A DNA stretch of 64,000 nt from Kofleriaceae bacterium (lineage in GTDB: Bacteria > Myxococcota_A > Polyangia > Haliangiales > Haliangiaceae): assembly GCA_046597055.1 (NCBI GenBank), contig JBKJLC010000278.1, forward strand, positions 25,766-89,765, written 5' to 3'. Shown in pieces: positions 49,940 through 59,646 of this stretch. How positions within the stretch are numbered: the stretch's first letter is position 1; each line of letters begins with the position of its first letter. The notes beneath the pieces were generated by a model. The model was not told the origin of the DNA, did no database searches, and saw only the letters and a list, made by a program, of their open reading frames with translations. Both the position numbers and the translations under genes were made by a program.

Positions 49940-52210
49940 ATGGCCGGGAGGTTCGTGGACGGGAAGCTGGACCGGACCAAGGCACGGCGTGCGCGCCTGG
50001 CGGTCGGCACGCTGCCGCCGGCGCTGGACGAGCCGCATGACCGGACCGCGGGGGCGGTGCCCAAGGTGCGGGCGCGCGGCACCGCAGTCCCGCCGCGGAT
50101 CGACGACGGCAGCCACGACGACGACCTGCACGCCCTGCCCGAGCTGGTCGACGCCGCGCTGATCGGCGGCCGGGCCCACGCCGGCCCGGTGACGCCCGCG
50201 CATGGCACCGACGTGATCGGCGATGGCATCCCCCAGGCGATCGCCGACTCGATCACCGACTCCATCACCGACTCGAACAGCGATGGCGTCGTCGATGCCA
50301 GCGGCGACGACGCCGAGGCGGTTGCCGCCCACATCGCGAACGTCGACGCGCACATGCTGGCGATCGGCTCGCACCGGTTCGGCATCCGCGCGTTCCGGCC
50401 CGGCCAGGCGCTGGCGATCCGCAACGTGATGGCCGGCATCGACACGCTGGCGATCATGCCGACCGGCGCCGGCAAGTCGCTCTGCTACCAGCTGCCCGCG
50501 CTCGAGCTCGACGGCGTGACCCTGGTGGTGTCCCCGCTGATCGCGCTCATGAAGGATCAGCACGACAAGCTCGAGCAGCTCGGGATGGACGTGCTGCGCC
50601 TCGACTCGACCCTGTCGCCGCGCGACGAGCAGACCGCGCTGACCCGGCTGGCCGACGGCCGGCCATGCGTTGCCTACGTGACGCCCGAGCGGCTGGGCGA
50701 TCAGCGCTTCCGCGAGCGCCTGCGTGCGGTCCACGTCGCGCTGTTCGTGGTCGACGAGGCCCACTGCATCTCGCAGTGGGGCCACGACTTCCGACCGGCG
50801 TACCTCGGGCTCGGTGATGCGCTGCGCGCGCTCGGTCGCCCGCCGGTGCTCGCGCTGACCGCGACCGCGCCGTCGAAGGTCAAGGACGACATCCTCGCCC
50901 AGCTGTGCATCCCGGCGGCGTCGGTGATCGACATCGGCCTCGACCGGCCGAACCTCCGCTACCACGTGATGAAGGCGCAGACCGAGCGCAAGAAGCAGGC
51001 GATCCTGCTGCGCCTGCTCGAGCGCCAGCAGGGCTCGGGCATCATTTATGCCGCGACCGTGCGCACGGTCGACGCGCTCGCGGACTTCCTGCACAGCCAG
51101 GGCGTCGAGAGCGGCCGCTATCACGGCCGCATGCGGGCCAAGGATCGCGACCGGGTCCAGACCGCGTTCATGGAGCGCAGCGAGCCGCGCATCATGGTGG
51201 CGACCAACGCGTTCGGCCTCGGCGTCGACAAGCAGGACATCCGCTTCGTCATCCACTACAACTTCCCGGGCTCGCTCGAGAGCTACTACCAGGAGGCCGG
51301 GCGGGCCGGGCGCGACGGCCGGCCCGCCAACTGCGTCCTGCTCTACCAGCCCGAGGACAAGCGCATCCAGAGCTTCTTCCTGGGCGGGCGCTATCCGACC
51401 CCGGAGCAGACCCGCGCGGTCGCCGAGGCGCTGATCGCGAGCTACCAGACCTCGGGCGGCATGATGCCCGAGCTGATCGCGCCGCTGGCCGGGCGCGCGG
51501 CCCGGACCGCCGATGACGAAGACGCGGTGATCGAGGATCTCGAGCACGCGGTCGCGCTGAAGGACATCGCCGAGCGCGCGATGGCGCCGGCCAAGAAGGC
51601 GCGGGTGGTGCTGTCGTTCCTCAAGGAGGTTGGCTTCGCGGCCGAGGCGCCCGGCCAGCGGTTCGTGCCGCTGACCGCCGAGCCGCCGAGCCTGGTCGAG
51701 CTGGCCCGCGCGACCCAGCGCTACGAGCAGAAGCGCGCCCAGGACCGCGCCCGCCTGCAGGCGATGCTGCGCTACGCCCAGTCGCACCTGTGCCGGTCGC
51801 GCCTGCTGGTGACCTACTTCGGCTACGAAGACGGCGAGGCCTGCGGCGCCTGCGACAACTGCCAACGCGCGCGGGCCGAGGCCCCGACCGAGCCCCCGCC
51901 GTCGCGGATCGCCGCGGTCGCCGCCGTCCTGGCCGCACGTCGAGCGGCCGCGAATGGCGACGAGGAGGTCGAGACCACCCCGGCCGACGAGATCCTGGCC
52001 CGGCGCCGGGCCCAGCGCGGCCGCGCCCTCAAGATCGAGCGCGGCCGCGAGCGCGCCGGCGTGCTCGGCAAGGGCGACCTGGTCCGCCACGCCCTCTACG
52101 GCGACGGCGAGGTCGTGCGGGTGACCGGCGACTCGGCCCAGGCGTTCTTCCCCGGGCACGGCGAGAAGCTGCTCAAGGCGAGCTTTCTCCAGAAGATCGC
52201 CCGGGCCTGA
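49940..52210 (+). CDS. recQ: RecQ-family ATP-dependent DNA helicase
   Basis: MPTGAGKSLCYQLP, DEAHCISQWGHDFRPAY, TATA, QEAGRAGRDG, Zn site CRSR..CGACDNC; no HRDC recognisable. Confidence 0.92.
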   Translation: MAGRFVDGKLDRTKARRARLAVGTLPPALDEPHDRTAGAVPKVRARGTAVPPRIDDGSHDDDLHALPELVDAALIGGRAHAGPVTPAHGTDVIGDGIPQAIADSITDSITDSNSDGVVDASGDDAEAVAAHIANVDAHMLAIGSHRFGIRAFRPGQALAIRNVMAGIDTLAIMPTGAGKSLCYQLPALELDGVTLVVSPLIALMKDQHDKLEQLGMDVLRLDSTLSPRDEQTALTRLADGRPCVAYVTPERLGDQRFRERLRAVHVALFVVDEAHCISQWGHDFRPAYLGLGDALRALGRPPVLALTATAPSKVKDDILAQLCIPAASVIDIGLDRPNLRYHVMKAQTERKKQAILLRLLERQQGSGIIYAATVRTVDALADFLHSQGVESGRYHGRMRAKDRDRVQTAFMERSEPRIMVATNAFGLGVDKQDIRFVIHYNFPGSLESYYQEAGRAGRDGRPANCVLLYQPEDKRIQSFFLGGRYPTPEQTRAVAEALIASYQTSGGMMPELIAPLAGRAARTADDEDAVIEDLEHAVALKDIAERAMAPAKKARVVLSFLKEVGFAAEAPGQRFVPLTAEPPSLVELARATQRYEQKRAQDRARLQAMLRYAQSHLCRSRLLVTYFGYEDGEACGACDNCQRARAEAPTEPPPSRIAAVAAVLAARRAAANGDEEVETTPADEILARRRAQRGRALKIERGRERAGVLGKGDLVRHALYGDGEVVRVTGDSAQAFFPGHGEKLLKASFLQKIARA
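50239..50274 (+). repeat. 12-bp tandem repeat x3 (IADS/ITDS/ITDS)
   Basis: gatcgccgactc gatcaccgactc catcaccgactc in the RecQ N-terminal extension. Confidence 0.75.
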
Positions 52211-52237
52211 CCAGCCCAGGGCGGCAACGGCCCTCGC

Positions 52238-52290
52238 CCCGTTCGTCCTGAGCCCGAGCGAGCGCTAGCGAGCGCGGTGTCGAAGGACGC
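52238..52290. repeat. REP-like palindromic element between convergent genes
   Basis: ccgttcgtcctgagc-ccgagcgagcgctagcgagcgcgg-tgtcgaaggacg; resembles the widespread GTCCTGAGC...GTCGAAGGAC palindromic repeats. Confidence 0.55.
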
Positions 52291-52330
52291 CATGCGCCCG
52301 GTGGGGGCGCCCCTTGGTAGGAGCGTCAGG

Positions 52331-55300
52331 TCAGGGCACGCACTCGTAGGTGCCAAACAAGAAGGCGGTGTCCGCGAAGCCGCCCCACTGGGTCGCGATC
52401 ACCGGTGTGAACGCGTCGTTGTTGATGCTGTCGCCCTTGGTCACCGAGCACTTGCGGCGAAGCACGTTGTCCGCCGTCGAGGTCACGCCGGTTCCCCACT
52501 CGCTCCCTGGGTCGACGCCGACCTGCCCGATCGAGTCGACGACCACCGTGCCGCTGTTACACACGAGGTCGAGAGCGTCGTCGCCGTTGAAGTTCATGAT
52601 CGCAGTCGCGACTGGCGCCCCCGGCACCGTGACGTCGCAGTTGGCCAGGATCGAGGCGCTCGATTGCGCGTGGCAGATCACCAGCACGTCGCGCGACGCG
52701 ATGGTCCGGTTCAGGGCCAGGGTGGCACCGGCGGTGACCGCACCGTTGGAGTACAGCCGCACCGCACAGCCGGTCAGATCGAACGGCGTGTTGAACGGGT
52801 TGTAGATCTCGACCGCCTTGTTGTTGCCACTCGAGCCCTCGACGTACTCGCTGAAGAAGATGCCGGCGTTGGTCTCGTCCTGGCAGGTCGCCGAGCAGCC
52901 GTCGAAGCTCGTCGTGTTGCGGTCGTCGCACTGCTCGCCGCGCACCAGCTGCACGAGGCCGTCGCCGCACGAGCTCGCCGCCAGCTCGCAGATGCGCCCG
53001 GCGGTGAAGCCGGTGTTGTCGCAGCCGACGTCGTTCCAGCGGCTCACCTCACCGGCGGGCGCGTTGCCGACGCTGAGCAGGGCGGTGCAGTCTTCATCGC
53101 CCGCGTTGTCGGGCTGGTTGGCGGCCCAGTGCGTGAAGGCGAAGGCCTCGCCGGTGATCCAGGTGAACGTGCCCTCGACGACCGCGTCGGTCGCGCCGAT
53201 CCACGGGTTCTGGCTGGTGTTCTGGACCGACGCGGCCAGGGTCTGCTCGCCGGCGCTGGTGATCGTCACCAGGTGGCCGCCGCTGGCGATGCAGGCGGTC
53301 TGGGCGGCCGCGGAGGTCGCGATGTCGTCGTCGAAGCTGACGTAGCAGGTGCCGGTCGCTGGATCGGTGGCGAACCGATCACCGGCGGCGAGGCTCGCGT
53401 TGGTGGCCGCGCAGACCTGCCCGCGCTGGCACCGGGTGGTGCAGCCATCGGTGTCCACCGGGTTGCCGTCGTCGCACGCCTCCTCGCCGGCGATGACGGT
53501 GCCGTCGTTGCAGATCGGGTCGCACGCGCTCGGCGCGCCAGTGCAGGCCCAGAACGGCTCGGTCTGGCAGGTCGCCGAGCAGCCGTCGCCCGCGGTCGTG
53601 CCCTGATCGTCGCAGGTCTCGGGTGCCTCGACGACGCCGTCGTTGCAGACCACGACGTTGTTCACCGCGATCTCGACGGTGGCCGGGGCCGAGGTCGCGG
53701 TGCCGTCGGTCGCGGTGAACGTGAACGAGTCCGGGCCGACGTAGTTCGCGGTCGGGGTGTAGACGACCGTGGCGGTGGTCGGCCCGGTCGAGGTGACCGC
53801 GCCAAGCGTGCCCTGGCTGGGGCCCGTGCCGACCGAGAACGTGAGCTGCTGCGCCGGCACGTCGACGTCGGTCGCGGTCAGCGTGATCGTCGCCGGTGCG
53901 TTCTCGGGGACGCGCGGGCTCTGGCCCTGGGCGACCGGCGCGTCGTTCACCGGCGTGACCGTGACCGTCACCGTCGCGGTGGCGGTCCCGCCGGTGCCGT
54001 CGGCGACCGTGTACGTGAAGGTGTCGGTGCCGCTGAAGTCGGCGGTCGGCTGGTAGCTGACGCCGGCGCCCCCGCCGCCGATCGTGACGACCCCGTTGGC
54101 CGGCTGGGTGACCGCGGAGACCGTCGGTGCGCTCTCGACGTCGCGGTCGTTGGCGAGCACGTCGATCACGGTGGCGGCCGCGTCCTCGGCGACGGTCGCG
54201 CTGTCGTCGGTCGCGATCGGTGCATCGTTGACCGGCGTGACGGTGACGACGACCAGGCCGACGTCGGTGGCGGAACCGTCCGACACCACGTACTCGAACG
54301 AGGCGGGGCCGCTGTAGTTGGCGGCCGGGGTGAACCGGGCGTCGCCCGCGTCCAGCACGACGGTCCCGTTCACCGGGTTCTGCACGGCGGTGACCGTCAG
54401 CAGCTGCGCGTCGGGATCGACGTCGTTGCCGGTGACGACCGCGCCGGTGACCACCAGCAGGGTGTCCTCGGCGGTGGTGGCGGTGTCGTCGGTCGCGCTG
54501 GGCGCGGTGTTGGTCTCGACCACGGTGACCACCACCCGGCCGGTGTCGCCGGCGAAGCCGTCGGAGACCTGGTACTCGAACGACGCCTGGCCGACGAAGC
54601 CCGCGGTCGGCACGAACGTGACCGTGCCCGCGACCAGCATCACGGTGCCGTTCACCGGGTTGTCGACCCCGGTCACGGTCAGGGCCGGACCGTCGACGTC
54701 GGCGTCGTTGGCCGTGTAGAACACACTGGCACGAACCAGCGGCGTGTTGCGCTCGACGGTGTCGGCGTCGTCGTTGGCGACCGGCCCATCGTTGACCGGC
54801 ACCACGTCGATCGTCACGGTGGCCGGGGCCGAGCTGGTGGTGCCGTCGTTGACGCGGAACGTGAACGAGTCGTCGGCCACGGCGTTGGCGTTCGGCGTGT
54901 ACACCACGGTCGCGGTGGTCGCGGTGGCTGGCGTGATCGCGCCGAGCGTGCCGGTGGTGGGGCTGGTGACGATCGTGAACGTGAGCGGGTTGCCGTCGAG
55001 GTCGGTGCCGGCCAGCGTGATCGTGACCGCGACGTCCTCGTTGGTGGTGGCGGTGCCCGCGGTGGCGACCGGCCCATCGTTGACCGGCGTCACCGTCACG
55101 ACCACCCGGCCGGTGTCCGAGGCGGCGCCGTCGGACACGGTGTAGTCGAAGCCGGCCGCACCGGTGAAGTTCGCGGTCGGGGTGAACGTGATCATGCCGG
55201 CGGTGAGCGCCACCGTGCCGTTGCTCGGGTTGGCGACGCCGGTCACGGTCAGGGCCTGGCCCTCGGGATCGGTGTCGTTGGCGGTGAGCGTCGAGGCCAG

Positions 55301-55987
55301 CAGGGTCCGCGCGGTGTCCTCGGCGGTGGTCGCGGCGTCGTCGACGGCGATCGGCGGGTCGTTGTCGCCGCCGACCGCGACCGTGACGGTGCCGGTGTCG
55401 GTGAGGGTCCCGTCCGAGACCGTGTACTCGAACGTGGCGGTGCCGGCGAAGTTGGCGGCGGGGGTGAAGGTGACCGTGCCGGCCGCCAGGGCGACCGTGC
55501 CGGTGCTGGCCGCGCCGACCGCGGTGATGGTGAGCGGGTCGTCGTCGACGTCGGTGTCGTTGGCGACCAGGGTGGCCACCGTGATGGTCACCGCCACGTC
55601 CTCGGCGGCCGCGCGCGCGTCGTCGACCGCGACCGGCGCGTCGTTGACCGGCGTCACCGTGAGCTCGATGGTGGCCGACGCGGTGAGGGCACCGTCGCTG
55701 ACCGTCACCGTGAACGCATCGGGACCGTGGTAGTTGGCCTCGGGCGTGTAGGTGAGGGCCAGCCGGTCGGAGCCGCTCTGGGTGACCGTGCCGTGCGCGG
55801 CGACGCCGAACGACAGCGTGAGGGGCGCGCTGTCGTCATCGGTGGCAGCGACGAGGATCGTGACCGGCGTGTCCTCCGGTGTGTTGATCTGGCGGTCCAC
55901 CACCACCGGACCGCCGTTGCCCTTGAGGTTGTCGCCGCACGCGGCCAGGGCCGCCGCGACCACCATGACGAATATGCCGATTCTCAT
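52331..55987 (-). CDS. Large surface lipoprotein: 8 tandem Ig/cadherin-like (tandem-95) repeats, Myxococcus Cys-rich repeats, C-type lectin, lamin-tail domain
   Basis: Lipobox LAACGDN; VTPVNDAP-type linkers; C.DG....E.CDD....DGC...C x3; lectin WIG...QPDN..EDC...WND; LTD IFFSEYVEGS..NKAVEIYNP. Confidence 0.88.
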   Translation of the reverse strand: MRIGIFVMVVAAALAACGDNLKGNGGPVVVDRQINTPEDTPVTILVAATDDDSAPLTLSFGVAAHGTVTQSGSDRLALTYTPEANYHGPDAFTVTVSDGALTASATIELTVTPVNDAPVAVDDARAAAEDVAVTITVATLVANDTDVDDDPLTITAVGAASTGTVALAAGTVTFTPAANFAGTATFEYTVSDGTLTDTGTVTVAVGGDNDPPIAVDDAATTAEDTARTLLASTLTANDTDPEGQALTVTGVANPSNGTVALTAGMITFTPTANFTGAAGFDYTVSDGAASDTGRVVVTVTPVNDGPVATAGTATTNEDVAVTITLAGTDLDGNPLTFTIVTSPTTGTLGAITPATATTATVVYTPNANAVADDSFTFRVNDGTTSSAPATVTIDVVPVNDGPVANDDADTVERNTPLVRASVFYTANDADVDGPALTVTGVDNPVNGTVMLVAGTVTFVPTAGFVGQASFEYQVSDGFAGDTGRVVVTVVETNTAPSATDDTATTAEDTLLVVTGAVVTGNDVDPDAQLLTVTAVQNPVNGTVVLDAGDARFTPAANYSGPASFEYVVSDGSATDVGLVVVTVTPVNDAPIATDDSATVAEDAAATVIDVLANDRDVESAPTVSAVTQPANGVVTIGGGGAGVSYQPTADFSGTDTFTYTVADGTGGTATATVTVTVTPVNDAPVAQGQSPRVPENAPATITLTATDVDVPAQQLTFSVGTGPSQGTLGAVTSTGPTTATVVYTPTANYVGPDSFTFTATDGTATSAPATVEIAVNNVVVCNDGVVEAPETCDDQGTTAGDGCSATCQTEPFWACTGAPSACDPICNDGTVIAGEEACDDGNPVDTDGCTTRCQRGQVCAATNASLAAGDRFATDPATGTCYVSFDDDIATSAAAQTACIASGGHLVTITSAGEQTLAASVQNTSQNPWIGATDAVVEGTFTWITGEAFAFTHWAANQPDNAGDEDCTALLSVGNAPAGEVSRWNDVGCDNTGFTAGRICELAASSCGDGLVQLVRGEQCDDRNTTSFDGCSATCQDETNAGIFFSEYVEGSSGNNKAVEIYNPFNTPFDLTGCAVRLYSNGAVTAGATLALNRTIASRDVLVICHAQSSASILANCDVTVPGAPVATAIMNFNGDDALDLVCNSGTVVVDSIGQVGVDPGSEWGTGVTSTADNVLRRKCSVTKGDSINNDAFTPVIATQWGGFADTAFLFGTYECVP

Positions 55988-56139
55988 CGCCGCGGAATCT
56001 ATCAGCGCGGCCGGCCACCCGGGCCGGCGCTGGCCGCCATCGCCGGAATCGTGCCGGTCCGCGTAACGACGGTCACGCTCGGGTCGTTCGGCGCGGGCAG
56101 CCCGAGCAGCCCGGCTACGCCGCTCGCGGCCGGCGCGGG

Positions 56140-56901
56140 TCAAGCCGCCGCGAGCCGCTGGCGCGCGACCTCGAACAGCGCGACCCCGGCGGCGACCGAG
56201 ACGTTGAGCGAGCCGACCCCGCTGCGCGCCATCGGGATGAGCGCGTGCAGGTCACAGGTGCGCGCGACCAGCGGCCGGACCCCCTCGCCTTCGGCGCCCA
56301 GCACGAGCGCGAGCGGGCCGGTGAGATCGAGCTCGCCGATCGGCCGCGCGGCCGGCACGGCGGCGACCGCGCACAGCCACAGGCCGGCGGCCTTGAGCTC
56401 CTCGAGCGCGCGCACCAGGTTCTTCGCGATCACGATCGGCAAGAGCTCGGTCGCGCCGGCCGACGCCTTGGTCACGGTCGGCGTCACCTCGGCCGCGCGG
56501 TGCTCCGGGATCACGACGCCGTGCGCGCCGAGCACGTAGGCCGAGCGGATCACCGCGCCGAGGTTGTGCGGATCCTGGACCCCGTCGAGCACCACGATCA
56601 GCGGCGGGGCATCACCGGCCGCGGCGATCAGGTCGCCGAGCGCGGCGTAGCGGAAGTCGTCGGTCACCGCGACCACGCCCTGATGACGGGCGCCCGGCTC
56701 GCCGCACAGCGCGTCGAGGTCGCGCGGGCCGCCGACCTTGACCGCGACGCCGGCGGCCCGGGCCAGCGCGGTCAGCTCGGCGACCGGATCCTTGCCGCGG
56801 GCGTCGGCGCGCTCGGCGGCGACGTGCAGCAGCCGCACCGCCGACGCCCGCGCGCGCAGCAGCTCGCGGACCGGCCCCACGCCCCAGATCTTGCGACTCA
56901 C
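56140..56901 (-). CDS. rlmB: 23S rRNA (guanosine-2'-O)-methyltransferase RlmB (TrmH/SpoU family)
   Basis: HQGVVA, LDGVQDPHNLGAVIRSA, KASAGA, LGAEGEG, SLNVSVA; GTG overlaps the pyrF stop. Confidence 0.9.
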   Translation of the reverse strand: MSRKIWGVGPVRELLRARASAVRLLHVAAERADARGKDPVAELTALARAAGVAVKVGGPRDLDALCGEPGARHQGVVAVTDDFRYAALGDLIAAAGDAPPLIVVLDGVQDPHNLGAVIRSAYVLGAHGVVIPEHRAAEVTPTVTKASAGATELLPIVIAKNLVRALEELKAAGLWLCAVAAVPAARPIGELDLTGPLALVLGAEGEGVRPLVARTCDLHALIPMARSGVGSLNVSVAAGVALFEVARQRLAAA

Positions 56902-57647
56902 GCGCCAGCCCCTGCCGAGGTGCCAGCCGCCGCGACGTCGGCGGCGATCGCCCGCGCCATCGCCGCCGGATCGGCGGCGTCGCGGATCGGCCGACCGACC
57001 ACGACCAGATCCGCGCCCGCGGCCCGGGCCGCGCCCGGGGTCGCCACCCGCTTCTGATCGCCCGCGGCCGCCCCGACCGGCCGGACCCCTGGGGTGACGA
57101 TCAGGAAGTCGGCGGGCGCCAGCGCGCGGATCGCGGCGGCCTCGTGCGGCGACGCCACCACGCCGTGGCACCCGGCCGTGACCGCCAGACCGGCCCGCCG
57201 CACGACCAGGTCGCCGAGCGGCCCGATCGCGCCGATATCGGCGAGGTCGGCGTCGTCCATCGAGGTCAGCACGGTGACCGCCAGCACCCGCGCCGGCGTG
57301 CCGCGGGTCGCGGCCACCGCCGCCTCGAGCATGCGGCGGCCCCCGCCGGCATGGACGGTGATCAGCTCGGCGCCGAGCGCCGCGGCGCGCCGCATCGCCC
57401 GCGCCACCGTCTCCGGAATGTCGTGGAGCTTGAGGTCGAGCATCACCCGGCGGCCGGCGGCGCGCATCGCGGTGACCACCGAGGGACCCTCGGCCACGAA
57501 CAGCTCGAGGCCGACCTTGACCCAGCTGGCGCCGTCGCCGATCCGGGTCGCGAGCACCGTGGCGGCGACGAGATCGGGCACATCGAGCGCGGCGATCACG
57601 CGGTTGCCGGGATCGAACGCGGCGTCGCCCAACGTCTCTACAGGCAT
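56898..57647 (-). CDS. pyrF: Orotidine-5'-phosphate decarboxylase
   Basis: IAALD, KVGLELF, DLKLHDIPETV, VTVLTS, VTPGVR, DQKRV.TP, VVGRPI. Confidence 0.96.
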   Translation of the reverse strand: MPVETLGDAAFDPGNRVIAALDVPDLVAATVLATRIGDGASWVKVGLELFVAEGPSVVTAMRAAGRRVMLDLKLHDIPETVARAMRRAAALGAELITVHAGGGRRMLEAAVAATRGTPARVLAVTVLTSMDDADLADIGAIGPLGDLVVRRAGLAVTAGCHGVVASPHEAAAIRALAPADFLIVTPGVRPVGAAAGDQKRVATPGAARAAGADLVVVGRPIRDAADPAAMARAIAADVAAAGTSAGAGA

Positions 57648-57721
57648 GGCCACTCTTACGGCCGCGGGCCGCCGGCGGTCAACCCGGACTCACCGGTTCA
57701 GCACCGCTGACCTCGGCGCGG

Positions 57722-59593
57722 CTAGCGCAGCGACTTCACCGTCGGGGTGCCGTCGCTGGAATCGACCGTGTAGATGACGCCGGGGTCGGCGCGGCGGTGG
57801 TCGCGATCGAACGACATCGTGCCGGTGACGCCGTCGACCTTGGCGGCCGCGAGCCGGTCGGCCAGCGCGCGGCGGGTGGCGGCGCCTCCGGCGCGCAGCG
57901 CGGCGCACAGGTGGACCGCGTCGTAGGCGTAGGCGTCGACCGCGGTCGGGCTCTTGCCGGTCGCCTCGAGGTAGCGGCGCTCGAATTCGAGGCCGGCCGC
58001 GTCGAGCGCGCCCGGGAAGTAGCCGGGGGCCAGCAGCGAGCCGTCGCTGTAGCGGGCCGCCTCCCGCACGAAGTCGTCGCTCGCGCCCTCGGCGGTCGAC
58101 AGCAAGAGGACCGGTCGGCCGCCGGCCGCCTTCTTGGTGCCAGCCGGACGCGCGATCAGGCCGGCCGAGGCCAGCGCCGGCGCGATCAGCTCGAGCCGAT
58201 CGGCCTGGTCGGGCACGAACACGCCCTGCCAGCCGATGCCGAGCTTCTTGATGACGGCGGCGAACGAGCGGGTGTCGGCCGGGTACTCCACCTCGATCAG
58301 GACCTCGCCGCCGGCCGCCGCGACCTCGGTGACGAAGGCGCGCGCGACCGCGGCGCCGTACCCGCTCTTGGGCCGCAGCACGACCAGCTTCTTGACGCCG
58401 AGCCCGATCGCCTTGCGCGCCAGCGCCCGCGCGCGCGCCTCGGCCGAGTGCATGAGGTGGAAGACCCAGATGCCGCCGGCCGGGCGCTCGTCGGCGCGCG
58501 GGTTGAAGGACAGCAGCGGGATGCCCAGCTCGGTGGCGCGGGCCCCGGCGGCGTCGACCGAGGCGCCGTCGGTCGGGCCCAGGATCGCAAGCGCGTCGGT
58601 GCGGGCGAGGGTCGCGACCGCGTCGGCCGCGGCCGGTCCCTCGGCGTCCTCGATCTGGATCGCCGGGGCCGCCTCCGCGAGGGAGCTGGTGCCGACCAGG
58701 AGCCCCTTGGCGAGCTGCTCGCCGACTCGCGCCTGCTTGGCCGACTGCGACACGATCGCGCCGAGCACGCCCGGCGCGAGCGGCGGCCCCCGGTCGCCGG
58801 CGTCGTCCTCACCGGCCACGGCCAGGCCGACCGCGCGCCGCACCGGCACCGCGCGGCTGCGGGCCGCCCGCGCGCCGGCGACGTCGCCGCCGGCCGCCAG
58901 CTCGGTCGCCACCCGCCAGCCCAGGATGCCGACCGAGGGCCCGTCACCGCCGAGCCCGGCCCACGCCGCGCGGGCTGCCTCGGGCGTCGCGACCGCGACC
59001 AGCTGCTCGAGCCGGCCGCGGATGAACGCGCGCTCCGGCGGCGTCGCGATCGCCCACCAGCGGTCGAACCATGGCAGCGCCGCCAGCGGGTCGGCGCTCG
59101 CGGCGTGGGCGTGGGCTCGCGCCACGATCCACGCGCCCCGCTCGGCGTCATTCTCGATCGCCTTTTCGCCTTCGATGAGGTGCGGCAGCGCGCGCGCGTG
59201 GTCGCCCAGCGCCCCGCGGGCGAGCCCGAGGAACAGCGCGGCGCGGGTTCGCAGGCCGGGCTCGAGGCTCTGGTCGATCAGGAGCTCGTCGAGGCTGCGC
59301 GCGGCCGCCTCGTGCTCGCCGGCCTGCTCGGCCGCGATCCCGGCGTACAGCCGGGCGAACGGCGCGATCGGGTCGCTGGCGAACTCGTCGGCGATGGCGC
59401 GGAAGTCGGCGGCCTCGCGGCCCTCGTCGCCAGCCCGCAAGAAGCGGGCCCGGACGTCGAGAAACCGCTGGCGGGCGGTGGCGTCACCGGAGGTCGGCAC
59501 CGAGGGCACCAGGGTGCGACGCGGCTTCGGACAGCCGACCAGGGCCAGGAGCACCGCGAGGATCGCCACGCGGGCCAGGGATCGAGCGAACAT
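57722..59593 (-). CDS. Lipoprotein with TPR-like N-terminus and periplasmic-binding-protein type 1 domain (LpoA/LppC-like)
   Basis: Lipobox LVGC; ILGP, IPLLS, YG...ARAF, VFVPD, AYAYDA, GVTGTMSFD. Confidence 0.75.
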   Translation of the reverse strand: MFARSLARVAILAVLLALVGCPKPRRTLVPSVPTSGDATARQRFLDVRARFLRAGDEGREAADFRAIADEFASDPIAPFARLYAGIAAEQAGEHEAAARSLDELLIDQSLEPGLRTRAALFLGLARGALGDHARALPHLIEGEKAIENDAERGAWIVARAHAHAASADPLAALPWFDRWWAIATPPERAFIRGRLEQLVAVATPEAARAAWAGLGGDGPSVGILGWRVATELAAGGDVAGARAARSRAVPVRRAVGLAVAGEDDAGDRGPPLAPGVLGAIVSQSAKQARVGEQLAKGLLVGTSSLAEAAPAIQIEDAEGPAAADAVATLARTDALAILGPTDGASVDAAGARATELGIPLLSFNPRADERPAGGIWVFHLMHSAEARARALARKAIGLGVKKLVVLRPKSGYGAAVARAFVTEVAAAGGEVLIEVEYPADTRSFAAVIKKLGIGWQGVFVPDQADRLELIAPALASAGLIARPAGTKKAAGGRPVLLLSTAEGASDDFVREAARYSDGSLLAPGYFPGALDAAGLEFERRYLEATGKSPTAVDAYAYDAVHLCAALRAGGAATRRALADRLAAAKVDGVTGTMSFDRDHRRADPGVIYTVDSSDGTPTVKSLR

Positions 59594-59646
59594 CCGACGA
59601 CGATAGCCGCCGCCCCAACCGCGGGCAAACCCGCTATGGTCCGCCC

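Noticed and set aside
53700..55900. Regularly spaced DNA repeats (e.g. cgttgaccggcgtcaccgt) resembling an array
   Set aside because: They are coding repeats of the ~95-aa Ig-like domains, degenerate at third positions and far too widely spaced for CRISPR; no cas genes.
52277..56539. 1420-aa + strand ORF, and similar long shadows (42884..47155, 49406..52159, 23941..26472, 61028..63931)
   Set aside because: They overlap well-supported genes on the opposite strand or another frame; Arg/Gly/Val-rich composition without motifs.
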